A stretch of DNA of 64,000 nt from Candidatus Latescibacterota bacterium (lineage in GTDB: Bacteria; Latescibacterota; UBA2968; GCA-2709665), in NCBI GenBank assembly GCA_965205485.1, contig OZ242180.1:5061461-5125460 (forward strand), given 5' to 3'. Below, piece by piece: positions 48,370 to 58,731 of this stretch. Within the stretch, counting starts at the first letter, position 1. The number at the start of each line of letters is the position of its first letter. The position numbers were made by a program, and so were the translations under genes. A model generated the notes under the pieces. The model searched no databases and was not told where the DNA came from. It saw nothing but the letters and a program-made list of their open reading frames with translations.

Positions 48370-49620
48370 TCACAAGTCCTGCGATGACTTCAGGGCCCGC
48401 GGCCCCAGGGTCACAATCGTGGACGGAGACGGCGGAAAGGCCTCCAGGCTGGCCGGTATCCGGTCCAATGTCACGCCGTCTATACCCGCCGCGATCTGCT
48501 GTATGGAACGCGGACGCCCATCTATGAACAGGCCGTCCATCATACTGCCCACGCGACCCTCCGGCAAATCACCGGTTGTGAACAGCTGTCCCTTCAGTAC
48601 GGTTTTCGCCCTGTCGAGCTCGGCCAGCGTCACGTCTTCCGCGACCCGCCCCACCTCTTTCCGGCACACAGAAAGCGTTTCGTCGGCACGGTCAGCCGTG
48701 GTACCGGCGTACAACGCAATCAGACCGCCGCCTCGACGGGCGCGATAAGAGGCCGAGACACTGTACGCCAGTCCCCGCTTCTCCCGTACTTCGGTGAACA
48801 GCCTGCTGGATCCGCTGCCGGAAAGTACGGCAACCGCGAGTTGGGTCGGGTAATAAAGCGCGTGCCCCCGCGGCGCGGCGCGGAAGAGCAGGCAAATGTG
48901 CGCCTGTTCGGACTGTTTGGTGTGGTGTACCGTCCGGTCCGCGACGGAAATCGGCAGTGGATCCCGGGGCGGCGTCCCGGACCCCTCCCAGCTGCCGAAC
49001 GCCTCTACCACGGCACGGAACATCTCTTCCGTTCCGAGGCCGCCGGCCACGGAGATCAGAAGACGCTGCGGGACGCATAACCGCCGCCAGAACGCGCGCA
49101 CGTCGGCGGGTTCGATCGCTGCTACAGTCGTTGCATCTCCCAGCGGATTGCGCCCCATCGGATCCCCCAGCCCGGCCTGATAGGTCATATACATAACCTG
49201 GTGGGTCGGATTGTCTTCCAGGCGCTTGAGTTCCTCCAATGCGAGCGTTTTCGCCACCTCGACCTGCTCGTCCGGAAAGGACGCGCTACAGAATACCTCG
49301 GCGTAGAGTCGCAAGCCCTTCGAGAGATGCCTGGGCAGGAGCTGGGCCTGGAACTCCGTGAATTCGACGGCCGTCGCCGAGCCGCGCCGGGCGCCGAGGG
49401 AGTCGAAAGCGTCGTAAATTGAGCGCGCGTCGCGATTCGGCGTTCCCTTGAGGAGCGTCTCTTCGGCAACCCATGCCAACCCCAGCCGATCGGCAGGATC
49501 GTCACGCGCCCCGAAGCCGAACCGGAAGGCAACCACAACGGATTGGGCGCCGGGCATGGACTCGGCGACGACTTCAATTCCGTTCTTCAGGGTGTGTCGC
49601 TGCGGTTCAAGGGAACGCAT
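48370..49620 (-). CDS. M16 family peptidase, non-catalytic subunit
   Basis: HxxEH replaced by WVAEE; retains SRLFTEVREKRGLAY (R/Y pair). Confidence 0.88.
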   Translation of the reverse strand: MRSLEPQRHTLKNGIEVVAESMPGAQSVVVAFRFGFGARDDPADRLGLAWVAEETLLKGTPNRDARSIYDAFDSLGARRGSATAVEFTEFQAQLLPRHLSKGLRLYAEVFCSASFPDEQVEVAKTLALEELKRLEDNPTHQVMYMTYQAGLGDPMGRNPLGDATTVAAIEPADVRAFWRRLCVPQRLLISVAGGLGTEEMFRAVVEAFGSWEGSGTPPRDPLPISVADRTVHHTKQSEQAHICLLFRAAPRGHALYYPTQLAVAVLSGSGSSRLFTEVREKRGLAYSVSASYRARRGGGLIALYAGTTADRADETLSVCRKEVGRVAEDVTLAELDRAKTVLKGQLFTTGDLPEGRVGSMMDGLFIDGRPRSIQQIAAGIDGVTLDRIPASLEAFPPSPSTIVTLGPRALKSSQDL

Positions 49621-49808
49621 AATCCCCCTTCCATGGAAATGCCGGGTGAGCGGACTGCTTCCGTCTGACACGGGGCCCAAAACAGAAGTCGGAATATAGA
49701 TTACAACATCTGTAAACGAAAGCAAAACTTGGCGCCTGTTTGCAGATTTGCGGGCATCGGCGTTGCTCGCACACCGCCGCCTCGATGCCCCGCGTTCCAT
49801 CTTTCCAC

Positions 49809-49837
49809 TTGACACGGACCCGCCCATTGTCTAATTT
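49809..49837 (+). promoter_or_regulatory. sigma70 promoter upstream of the lysine riboswitch
   Basis: TTGACA-17 nt-TAATTT. Confidence 0.7.
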
Positions 49838-49851
49838 GTTTCTTTCGAAAG

Positions 49852-50028
49852 GCAAGGGTAGAGGCGCAGGTTTTCAACAGTACCCGGTGAATGCGAGGCG
49901 TAATCGGCTCATCGGTGAAAGGGTGAACCTGCCGAAGTCCCGAATCTGTTCCGCCGCAGACAGGGGCTGGTCCAATCGGATAAGATCCGCTGGACTGTCA
50001 CGGAATCCTCCGTGGAGTGCTCTCTTGC
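49852..50028 (+). ncRNA. Lysine riboswitch aptamer (L-box)
   Basis: P1 GCAAGGG/CTCTTGC. Conserved AGAGGCGC, AGTA, GAAAGG, GCCGAA, CTGG, ACTGTC, GGAGTGCT. Lies upstream of dapA. Confidence 0.93.
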
Positions 50029-50052
50029 GCCATCCATGCTGGAACTTGCACG

Positions 50053-50096
50053 GCCGGCCTTGCCTCCATCCCCATCGGGAACCGGCTGTTTTTTTT
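50053..50096 (+). terminator. Riboswitch expression-platform terminator
   Basis: GCCGG...CCGGC followed by eight T. Internal CCTTGCCT is complementary to AGGCAAGG at the P1 5' strand (antiterminator). Confidence 0.7.
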
Positions 50097-50150
50097 GATG
50101 TGCTCTCATGGGCAACCCGGTTCCCCCTATCTCATCCCGGAGGTGAACCC

Positions 50151-51188
50151 ATGTTATTCAGCGGATGTTACACGGCCCTCGTCACACCCCTGGATCCCAA
50201 CAAAGGCGTGGACGAACCAGGACTGGAGAAACTCGTCCAATTTCAGGTTTCACAAGGAGTTAGCGGTGTACTCGCAGTGGGCACGACCGGCGAGAGCCCA
50301 ACCCTCAACGGCGGGGAACACAACAGCGTCACCGAACGGGTCTGCTCGCTGGCCGGAGGGGAATGCCGGGCAATCGCCGGTACTGGCGGTAATTCCACCG
50401 AGGAGACCCTGCGCGCAACGGAACACGCCGCGCACGCCGGCGCCGATACCGCGCTGCTGGTAGATCCATATTACAACGGCCCCAGTTCGCTCGAAATCCG
50501 CCGGGAATACGTCGCGCCCGTCGCCGAAGCCTTCCCGGAAATCCAGATGGTTTCCTACGTCATTCCCGGCCGTTCGGGAACAAAACTGCTCCCGGAAGAC
50601 CTGGCCATCCTGCACCGCGATTACGGCAACGTCAACAGCGTCAAGGAAGCCACGGGCGACCTGGAAAACATGGCCCGGACGCGTGAAGTCTGCGGCGACG
50701 ATTTCTACATACTTTCGGGAGACGACGACGTCACCTACACGATGATGACCGACGCCCGCATCGGCGCAACGGGCGTCATTTCCGTCATGTCCAATGTGGT
50801 CCCCGGTCCCATACAGCGTTTTACGCAGGCGATTCTCGAAGGCGATATGCCGGAAGCGGATCGGCTGGCGGATGCGCTCAATCCGCTTTTCGGAATGGTC
50901 ACGGTACTCTCCGACGAAGAGACGCCCTTTGGGACGACGCAGGTCAAAGCCCGTAACCCGGTGCCAATAAAGACGTTGATGAATATACTCGGCATGCCGG
51001 CCGGACCGTGCCGGCGGCCGCTGGGTCGAATGAATCAGGCAGGTCTGAAACAGGTACTTGGAATCGCACGAACCGTTCAGCACAACAACCCGGAACTGTT
51101 CGCACCCATCGAACAATTCTTCAACGTGGACATATCAAGCCGTGTCGCGGACGCCTCGGTTCTGGAAGACCTGGCGTACGTGGACTGA
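50151..51188 (+). CDS. dapA: 4-hydroxy-tetrahydrodipicolinate synthase
   Basis: [55 protein letters not shown]. Confidence 0.95.
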   Translation: MLFSGCYTALVTPLDPNKGVDEPGLEKLVQFQVSQGVSGVLAVGTTGESPTLNGGEHNSVTERVCSLAGGECRAIAGTGGNSTEETLRATEHAAHAGADTALLVDPYYNGPSSLEIRREYVAPVAEAFPEIQMVSYVIPGRSGTKLLPEDLAILHRDYGNVNSVKEATGDLENMARTREVCGDDFYILSGDDDVTYTMMTDARIGATGVISVMSNVVPGPIQRFTQAILEGDMPEADRLADALNPLFGMVTVLSDEETPFGTTQVKARNPVPIKTLMNILGMPAGPCRRPLGRMNQAGLKQVLGIARTVQHNNPELFAPIEQFFNVDISSRVADASVLEDLAYVD

Positions 51189-51213
51189 CCATATGAACCC
51201 TGGAAGGAGTCGA

Positions 51214-53007
51214 ATGAGAAACGCAAGAACGACAAATCGCAAACTGCTTGACTGGGTCAACGATGCCGCGAAACTCTGTCAACCGAAAGACATCTGCTGG
51301 TGCAACGGTTCAAGCGAAGAGTATGACCGGCTTGCAGACCTGTTGTGCCGGGCGGGGACGTTCATCCGGCTGAATCCGGACCTCCGCCCCAACAGCTTTC
51401 TCGCCCGCTCGGACGCGGGCGACGTCGCCCGCGTGGAAGACCGCACCTACATCTGTACACCCGACGAAGCGGACGTGGGACCCACCAACAACTGGCGGGA
51501 GCCGGTTGAGATGAAGCGCACGTTGAAGGGGCTGTTCGACGGTTCCATGCGCGGACGGACGATGTACGTCATCCCGTTTTCCATGGGCCCCATCGGTTCG
51601 TCGACGTCCAAAATCGGCGTGGAAATCTCAGACTCGCCTTACGTCGTCTGCAGCATGCACATCATGACCCGAACGGGTGATCAGGTGCTGGACGCCCTCG
51701 GCGACGGCGACTTCCTGCCCTGCATGCATTCCGTGGGCGCTCCGCTCGAGCCGGGGCAATCCGACGTCTCGTGGCCATGCGACGCGGATCAGAAATACAT
51801 CGTCCACTTTCCGGACGAGCCCTCCATCTGGTCCTACGGCTCAGGCTACGGCGGCAATGCGCTGCTTGGCAAGAAGTGTTTCGCCCTTCGCATCGCGTCG
51901 ACAATGGCGCGCGACGAAGGATGGATGGCCGAACATATGCTCATCCTGGGTCTCACGTCTCCCGAGAAGAGGAAGCATTACGTCGGCGCCGCCTTTCCTT
52001 CCGCGTGCGGAAAGACGAACCTGGCCATGCTGCAGCCCACGGTCCCGGGCTGGAAGGCCAATTGCGTCGGCGACGATATCGCATGGATGCGCCAGGGTCC
52101 GGACGGCACGCTCCGGGCGATCAACCCGGAGGCCGGGTTCTTCGGCGTGGCGCCGGGCACCAGCCTCAAATCCAACGGTCACGCCATGGCGGCGCTTGAA
52201 GAAAACAGCCTCTTCACCAACACGGCCCTCACCCCCGACGGCGACGTCTGGTGGGAAGAGATGACGGACGACCCGCCCGCCCGGCTGGAAGACTGGCTCG
52301 GGCGTGAATGGACGCCGTCGTCGGAAGACAATGCTTCCAATCCAAACGCGAGGTACACCGCCCCCGCCGCGCAGTGCCCCGTCATCGATCCGGAATGGGA
52401 GAATCCGGACGGGGTGCCCATGTCCGGATTCATCTTCGGGGGTCGGCGCTCAACGGTCGTTCCTCTGGTTTTCGAAGCGTTGAACTGGACGCACGGCGTA
52501 TTCCTTGGCTCCATCATGGCGTCCGAAACCACGGCTGCGGCGGCAGGCGCCGTGGGCAAGCTGCGGAGAGATCCCTTTGCGATGCTTCCCTTCTGCGGCT
52601 ATAATATGGGCGACTATTTCAGTCACTGGTTCAGGATCGGCGCCACGCTGGGCGATAACGCGCCCAGGATCTTCTATGTGAACTGGTTTCGCAAAGACGC
52701 CGAGGGGAACTGGCTCTGGCCCGGATTCGGCGAGAACAGCCGCGTGCTCAAGTGGATCTGCGAACGGATAGACGGCGCCGCCGACGCGATTGAAACCCCG
52801 ATCGGCTATGTGCCCACCCCGGATGCCCTCGATCTGGACGGCCTGGACATCCCGGAAGCCGACGTTGAAGCGTTGCTTTCCGTGGACCCGGACGCCTGGC
52901 GCGCCGAATTGCCCGACATCCGCGACTTCTACGCGGGGTTTGGCGATCGGCTGCCCGCGAAACTGCTGACCGAACTCAACGCGCTCGAGGAACGGCTGAG
53001 CGCATAG
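51214..53007 (+). CDS. pckG: Phosphoenolpyruvate carboxykinase (GTP)
   Basis: [67 protein letters not shown]. Confidence 0.97.
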   Translation: MRNARTTNRKLLDWVNDAAKLCQPKDICWCNGSSEEYDRLADLLCRAGTFIRLNPDLRPNSFLARSDAGDVARVEDRTYICTPDEADVGPTNNWREPVEMKRTLKGLFDGSMRGRTMYVIPFSMGPIGSSTSKIGVEISDSPYVVCSMHIMTRTGDQVLDALGDGDFLPCMHSVGAPLEPGQSDVSWPCDADQKYIVHFPDEPSIWSYGSGYGGNALLGKKCFALRIASTMARDEGWMAEHMLILGLTSPEKRKHYVGAAFPSACGKTNLAMLQPTVPGWKANCVGDDIAWMRQGPDGTLRAINPEAGFFGVAPGTSLKSNGHAMAALEENSLFTNTALTPDGDVWWEEMTDDPPARLEDWLGREWTPSSEDNASNPNARYTAPAAQCPVIDPEWENPDGVPMSGFIFGGRRSTVVPLVFEALNWTHGVFLGSIMASETTAAAAGAVGKLRRDPFAMLPFCGYNMGDYFSHWFRIGATLGDNAPRIFYVNWFRKDAEGNWLWPGFGENSRVLKWICERIDGAADAIETPIGYVPTPDALDLDGLDIPEADVEALLSVDPDAWRAELPDIRDFYAGFGDRLPAKLLTELNALEERLSA

Positions 53008-53126
53008 GGAACTGCTCAGGGATCAGGCGCGGCATTCGGCCTTTCGAGAGGACACGGGCCGAGCGACTCATCCGCGGAACTCAGGCGAACTGTACCCCTG
53101 CCAGGCAATCCCTGCGGAGAATCCCC

Positions 53127-53933
53127 ATGACAAACCTGGTTATCTGCGGCATCGCGGGCCGCATTTGCAGACGCATCGCGCACCTCGCTATGGAAAGCGG
53201 CGATCTGAATATCGCCGGCGGCGTGGAAGCTCCCGGCAACCCGGCCGTCGGGCGGGACATCGGCGAACTCCTGGGAACGGCGCGTACCGGGCGCCACGTT
53301 GTCGACAGCCTGGAATCCGTCATCGAAAGCGCGGACGTGGTCGTCGCCTTCACGGCGCCCCCGGACGGTACGCTGGACGCCGCCCGTATCGCGGGGAAAG
53401 CGCGCAGGCCGATGGTTGTGGGCACCACGGGCATGTCGACACGTCAACTCGCCGAATTCGAAACGGCCGTCAAGGACGTCGCCTGCGTCTTTGCCCCAAG
53501 CTTCAGCATCGGCGTGACCGTACTGACCAGACTGGTGGAAGACGCCGCACGGATGATGGGCAGCGGGTACGACGTGGAAATCGTCGAAGCACACCACCAC
53601 TTCAAGACCGACGCCCCCAGCGGCACCGCCCTCGCCCTGGCGAATGCCGCGGCGAAGGGCCTGGGCCGAAACCTCGACGACGTCGCCCTTTACGGACGCC
53701 ATGGGGAGGTCGGCGCGCGCACCGGGGAAGAAATCGGCATCCACGCGATCCGCGCCGGAGACCTGGCCGGGGAGCATACCGTCATCTTCGGCGGCACCGG
53801 GGAAGTCTTTCAGCTGGTACACCGCGCCCAGAGCCGGGACTCTTACGCCGTAGGGGTTATTCGGGCGATCCGATATGTCGTAGACGCACCTCCGGGGATG
53901 TTCAGCATGAGAGACGTGCTGGGCATCGAATGA
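53127..53933 (+). CDS. dapB: 4-hydroxy-tetrahydrodipicolinate reductase
   Basis: VVGTTG, FSIGV, EAHHHFKTDAPSGTA, IRAGDLAGEH, HRAQSR. Confidence 0.93.
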   Translation: MTNLVICGIAGRICRRIAHLAMESGDLNIAGGVEAPGNPAVGRDIGELLGTARTGRHVVDSLESVIESADVVVAFTAPPDGTLDAARIAGKARRPMVVGTTGMSTRQLAEFETAVKDVACVFAPSFSIGVTVLTRLVEDAARMMGSGYDVEIVEAHHHFKTDAPSGTALALANAAAKGLGRNLDDVALYGRHGEVGARTGEEIGIHAIRAGDLAGEHTVIFGGTGEVFQLVHRAQSRDSYAVGVIRAIRYVVDAPPGMFSMRDVLGIE

Positions 53934-53973
53934 TTCCCATCCGGTCCGGTACGATGTGAAGGGAGGCCCCAGA

Positions 53974-55914
53974 ATGGCAATCGACATCTCCGCCGTCGCG
54001 GAAGCGATCGGAAACGGACAGTCCCTCGCCGCGGCGGACCAGGTACTCATCGATCCGGAGCCGGGCGCTCTGGCCGCCCGCGTGGAAGAACTCCTGTCGG
54101 TTTTGCAGAACGACGATTATCCTGCCGACGAGGTGTGCCGCACGCTGATCCGGCTCGGCATGAACTTCGTGGGGCGGGACGCGGAAATCGTGGGTTACGG
54201 CACGGATGAGTCGGACCGTGCGCTCGATCAGGTACTGGCCGTCATCGACGATCTCGAAGGGGCCGTTATGGCGGACGTGGTGACTGAATTCCTGGCCGAT
54301 ATGAATTCCGTCAACCTGAGCGACAGCCTGTCGGGCCTGTTGGCCGAACGCATCGAGGCGGAGCTGAATAATGCAAGCCCGGGCCGTTCGTTTCTGACGC
54401 TGCTCAATCAACAGATGCGCGGCGGCGTCTACTGGAGGATGGTCGGCGACAACTACTGCAAGTTCGGCAACGACTTTGCGCGGGGCCTCGAATACCTGCG
54501 CCACTATGGTTTCTGCCAGGTGTCAACGAACCCCGTGCTGGCGGCCAAGGCCTTCGACGAAGACGGTTCGCTCGCCGAACAGCTGAAAAGCGAAATCGAA
54601 CACCACGACGAATGGAAGCGAGACCCGGAGGCGCACGCCGATGAGATCGCCATGGCGGCCACCCTCATCGCCCTCTGGCCCAACCTGTCCATCTTCCGGC
54701 CGCTCGCCGTGCATACGGACCTCAAGGACTACATGGTCAGCTTCCAGCTCAATCCCAACATCGCGGACCGGGCCGATGAGAGTATCGAAGACGCGCGAAA
54801 CGCCTACCGGCTGGCCGCCGATTTCCTTGAGGGATACGACCGTCTTCTGGGTCTGGGCGACCGTTCCGGACGGGTCAGACCCAACATCGTCTTCAAAGTC
54901 GCCGCCAGCCACGAGGCCGCGCGCAAGATCACCACGACGCTCAACGGCAATGCGATCGGCTCCAATAACACCGTGGTCTACACGGTTGCCCAGGAAGTCC
55001 AGTTGATACTGGACGCGTTCGAGGGCAAGGCCCGCGCCGCGAAGGCGGGAGAACAGGTGGTGCGTACCTACGAAACCAACATGGGCGGCCGGTTCGTGAG
55101 CCACCTGCGTGAGGTCGAAGCCGAGAAGATCTTCCTCGCCGCCGCGGCAAGGACGGGCGAAGGCAGGGCACGCGAACTCCTTGGCGCCCTGGCCGCCGAT
55201 CTGGGTACGGAAGATTCGCCCGACGGGTCTCTGGCCGACAGGGCACGTGCAGTCTGCGCGTACGCAAACCTCAAATCTCTCGACCATCCCATCGTCCTTG
55301 AAGCTGCCGAATCTGCAGGCCAGTCCGCCGACGCCATCCGGCTTCTGGAAGAAGACCTGAAAAAGGCCGGCACGCTGGTGGCGCGGCGTGTCTACCGGGT
55401 CTTCTTCAGTCCGGAGAACCGCCCGAAGTGGGTCGACCATCTTCGAAAGACGTACGGCGTCACGGACGACCAGGCGCGGTGGATCGTGGATTCCATGGAC
55501 GTACTTCCGGCCTCCAAGCGTATTCCCGAAGACTCCTTCCACACGCTGGGCGCGTCCAATATGTGCAATACGGAGTTTCCGAATCACGCTAGAGCCGTTC
55601 AAATGGCGTCCGAAGTGGACGGGTTCGACCTCGAAGACTTCAGGGACGCGGTGCTGGATACCTACGAACCCGGCGTGGACCAGCGCCTGCGCGAACTTCC
55701 GGACTTTTGCCGGGGCTACGACCTCACGCCCTCACTCAAAGACTTCCTCGTGAACGTCGTTGGCATTGACGTGTCCGGCTGGCAGACCCGGGGCCTGGAA
55801 CCCGGTGACTGGCCCGATTTCGGCTCCGTGCAGAAAACCAGCGCCGAGTTCCGAGCGGCTTACGACACCTTCGCCGCCAAGTGCATCGCCATCGCCAGGG
55901 AGGTCGCGGGTTAA
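53974..55914 (+). CDS. Long, divergent transaldolase-family protein
   Basis: STNPVL, VSFQLNP, NIVFKV (Schiff-base Lys position), NNTVVY, NTEFP. GGAGG RBS. Confidence 0.65.
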   Translation: MAIDISAVAEAIGNGQSLAAADQVLIDPEPGALAARVEELLSVLQNDDYPADEVCRTLIRLGMNFVGRDAEIVGYGTDESDRALDQVLAVIDDLEGAVMADVVTEFLADMNSVNLSDSLSGLLAERIEAELNNASPGRSFLTLLNQQMRGGVYWRMVGDNYCKFGNDFARGLEYLRHYGFCQVSTNPVLAAKAFDEDGSLAEQLKSEIEHHDEWKRDPEAHADEIAMAATLIALWPNLSIFRPLAVHTDLKDYMVSFQLNPNIADRADESIEDARNAYRLAADFLEGYDRLLGLGDRSGRVRPNIVFKVAASHEAARKITTTLNGNAIGSNNTVVYTVAQEVQLILDAFEGKARAAKAGEQVVRTYETNMGGRFVSHLREVEAEKIFLAAAARTGEGRARELLGALAADLGTEDSPDGSLADRARAVCAYANLKSLDHPIVLEAAESAGQSADAIRLLEEDLKKAGTLVARRVYRVFFSPENRPKWVDHLRKTYGVTDDQARWIVDSMDVLPASKRIPEDSFHTLGASNMCNTEFPNHARAVQMASEVDGFDLEDFRDAVLDTYEPGVDQRLRELPDFCRGYDLTPSLKDFLVNVVGIDVSGWQTRGLEPGDWPDFGSVQKTSAEFRAAYDTFAAKCIAIAREVAG

Positions 55915-56104
55915 GTACACTCGGCGAGAGGAAATGGTTCCACCGACCCGTCAGGACGCAATCGGGTAATTTCCCGTTAGTCCGCTCGAAAGACAGACGC
56001 ACCGAACCGACCGATTCGCCGCATGAAGAATCATCCCGTTCCGGTGCGTTTCTTTCTATACGGGGTCACGTCGTTCCAAGCCACATCCAGCGCACGCTTT
56101 CCGT

Positions 56105-57349
56105 ATGAACACGATGTCAACGTCAATTCAAAGTGATTGGCCCCTGCAGCTCGACCGGACCGTCGATGCGTACCAGGACCGAATGGTGGAGACCAGACGG
56201 CATCTCCATACCCATCCCGAGGTTAGCGGCGAGGAAACGGAGACCACGCGGTACCTGGAAGAACAACTGGCATCGGACGGCTTCAATCTCCGCACCGGTC
56301 CGACAGGCCGGGGCGTGATCGCCGAATCGGCCGGAAACGGGTCCGGCCCCGGAATCGCCATGAGGGCCGACCTGGACGCGCTGCCGATCCAGGATGCCAA
56401 AACCGTTGCCTATCGCAGCAGCGTTCGCGGGGTGATGCACGCCTGCGGTCACGATGCCCATGCAGCGGCGGTGCTCGGAGCCGCTCTGGCGCTCGACGCA
56501 GCCGGGAAATCCGGAATGCTGCCCTGGCCCGTCTCCTGGCGGGCCATTTTTCAACCCGCCGAAGAAACGAATCAGGGCGCGCTGGAGATGATCGAGGCAG
56601 GCGCGCTCGAGGGCGTGGGCGCGATGCTGGCGCTGCATGTGGATCCCTCGAGGCCGGCCGGAACCATCGGACATCGATCGGGCGTCCTGACCGCGCATTG
56701 CGATGAGATGCATGTCCTCATCCGGGGCAGCGGCGGTCACGCTGCCAGACCTTTTGAGTCAAGAGACCCCATTGCCGCCGCGGCCCAGTTGATCAATGCG
56801 CTATACGTGGCCGTGCCAAGGTCGCTGGATCCGCGGCATACCGTGGTCCTGACGGTCGGTTCCATAACGGCCGGAAAACGGTACAATGCGATTCCCGATC
56901 GCGCGGTGCTGAAGGGTACCGTACGCAGCCTCGACGAAGGCGCACGCCGCCGGGCCGTGGAACGCGTGCGGGAGGTTGCGGAGGGTGTCGCCCGCGTGTC
57001 CGGAACGGAAATCGAAATCACATTCAGATCGGGACCGCCATCGGTCATGAACGATCCGGGCCTCACCGATCTGGTCCGGCAGTGCGCGGTCGATCTGCTC
57101 GGGGTCGACCGGGTCCAGTACATCGGAGAGCCCAGCATGGGGGGCGATGACTTCGCCCATTATCTCAAACGCGTTCCCGGCAGTCTGTTTCGCCTTGGAT
57201 GCTCGGTTCCCGGGGCGACGTCGACGGGCCTGCATACGCCTGATTTCGACGTTGACGAACGCGCGTTGGGCATTGGGGCGAAGATTCTGGCACGGGCGGT
57301 CGTACGCTGGTCCGAACCGAAAACTCACGGAAAAGAGGGGAGTCGATGA
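56105..57349 (+). CDS. M20D family amidohydrolase
   Basis: RRHLHTHPE, RADLDALP, MHACGHDAH, FQPAEE, GGHAA, LHTPDF. Confidence 0.93.
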   Translation: MNTMSTSIQSDWPLQLDRTVDAYQDRMVETRRHLHTHPEVSGEETETTRYLEEQLASDGFNLRTGPTGRGVIAESAGNGSGPGIAMRADLDALPIQDAKTVAYRSSVRGVMHACGHDAHAAAVLGAALALDAAGKSGMLPWPVSWRAIFQPAEETNQGALEMIEAGALEGVGAMLALHVDPSRPAGTIGHRSGVLTAHCDEMHVLIRGSGGHAARPFESRDPIAAAAQLINALYVAVPRSLDPRHTVVLTVGSITAGKRYNAIPDRAVLKGTVRSLDEGARRRAVERVREVAEGVARVSGTEIEITFRSGPPSVMNDPGLTDLVRQCAVDLLGVDRVQYIGEPSMGGDDFAHYLKRVPGSLFRLGCSVPGATSTGLHTPDFDVDERALGIGAKILARAVVRWSEPKTHGKEGSR

Positions 57350-58473
57350 GTCGGATGGATTTCAGCCCCAGCCATAAACCCACGGTCGGCGTGGAGATTG
57401 AACTGGCGCTGGTGGACAGTCGGACGATGGCGCTCTGCAGCGCAAGCCAGAGGCTTCTGGACCGCGTTCCACCTCAGCTGGAAGGAACGATCAAGCCGGA
57501 GCTGATGCAGTGTTACGTGGAAATCAACTCAGACGTCTGCATGACGCTGCAGGAAGTCGAGGCGGACCTCAGGAAGAAACTGTGCGCGCTGGAGGCCATC
57601 GCCGATCGGGAGGGCGTGCGGCTCTACTGGTCGGCAACCCATCCGTTTTCCACGTGGCAGGAACAGGAAATCACGCCCAACAAACGCTACGCGGGCCTGG
57701 TCGACCTGCTGCAGGACACGGCCCGTCAGCTGGTTACGTTCGGTCTGCACGTGCACGTGGGCGTGGACAGCGGCGACAAGGCGGTGATGATCTGCGAGTT
57801 CATATTGCGATACATGCCGCTCCTGCTGGCGTTGAGCTGCAACAGCCCGTTCTGGGAAGGCCGCGACACGGGTGTCTGCTCGTGGCGGTCCAAGATCATG
57901 GACGGCCTGCCCACCGCCGGACTGCCCCCGCTGATGCGAAACTGGAGCGAATACGTCTGGCTGGTGAATCACCTCGTTGAAACGGGTTACATCGAGACCA
58001 TAAGGGAAATCTGGTGGGACGTTCGCCCCCACAACAGATTCGGCACGGTGGAGGTCCGCATCTGCGACATTCCCGGCAGCTTCCACGACACACTGGGCCT
58101 TGTGGCCATGATGCAGTCCCTCATCAAATACCTGTCCGACCACATCGACCACGGTATCTACCAACACGACTGCCACCCCATGCTCATTCGCCAGAACAAG
58201 TGGCGCGCGGCCCGTTACGGACTCGACGCCGAACTGGTCGACTCCGACACCTACGAACTCAAACCCGCGCGTGAACTCGTGATACGCCTCGTCGATCAAC
58301 TGATACCCACCGCACAGGAACTGGATTGTGTACCCTACCTCGAACGGACTCTGGACCTGGCTTCCAGCCCGACCTGGGCGCAGCGGCAGGTGGCTATCCT
58401 GAAGAAAACGGGCGATGCCCGGTCTGTCGTGCGGAAACTCACCGACGCCTCCCGCCTCACGCCCCCGGCCTGA
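57346..58473 (+). CDS. ybdK: YbdK family carboxylate-amine ligase (GCS2)
   Basis: TVGVEIE, FGLHVHVG, NSPFW, WWDVRP, GTVEVRICD, NKWRAARYG. ATGA overlap with the upstream gene. Confidence 0.92.
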   Translation: MSRMDFSPSHKPTVGVEIELALVDSRTMALCSASQRLLDRVPPQLEGTIKPELMQCYVEINSDVCMTLQEVEADLRKKLCALEAIADREGVRLYWSATHPFSTWQEQEITPNKRYAGLVDLLQDTARQLVTFGLHVHVGVDSGDKAVMICEFILRYMPLLLALSCNSPFWEGRDTGVCSWRSKIMDGLPTAGLPPLMRNWSEYVWLVNHLVETGYIETIREIWWDVRPHNRFGTVEVRICDIPGSFHDTLGLVAMMQSLIKYLSDHIDHGIYQHDCHPMLIRQNKWRAARYGLDAELVDSDTYELKPARELVIRLVDQLIPTAQELDCVPYLERTLDLASSPTWAQRQVAILKKTGDARSVVRKLTDASRLTPPA

Positions 58474-58571
58474 CGCCAACCCTCGATCGACACCAATAAC
58501 AAAAGGCGCATACCTCACGGCATGCGCCTTGAATCCAAAGCCGCCAGCCATCCTGACTATCCCGCCGCTTA

Positions 58572-58731
58572 CAGTCCGTTGAGAAAGTCGCTCTGCAGGC
58601 GAGGCCGAGCCATTGTGGCCGAAGACAAGGCGCGCAACCGAGTCCCATCCCTCGATTCGGCGAGGGAGCGCAACGCAGTATTTCGACCGCAAGGGCCGGC
58701 CGTAGCCCGGATGGACTTTTTCAACGGGCTG
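58572..58731. mobile_element. MITE family B, copy 2 (160 bp)
   Basis: Near-identical to 37703-37862. Right TIR contains the purE stop. Confidence 0.85.

Noticed and set aside
53008..53126. Glycine riboswitch (ACTCAGG resemblance)
   Set aside because: Other conserved elements (GGAGA at P1, CCGAAG) are not in the right order.
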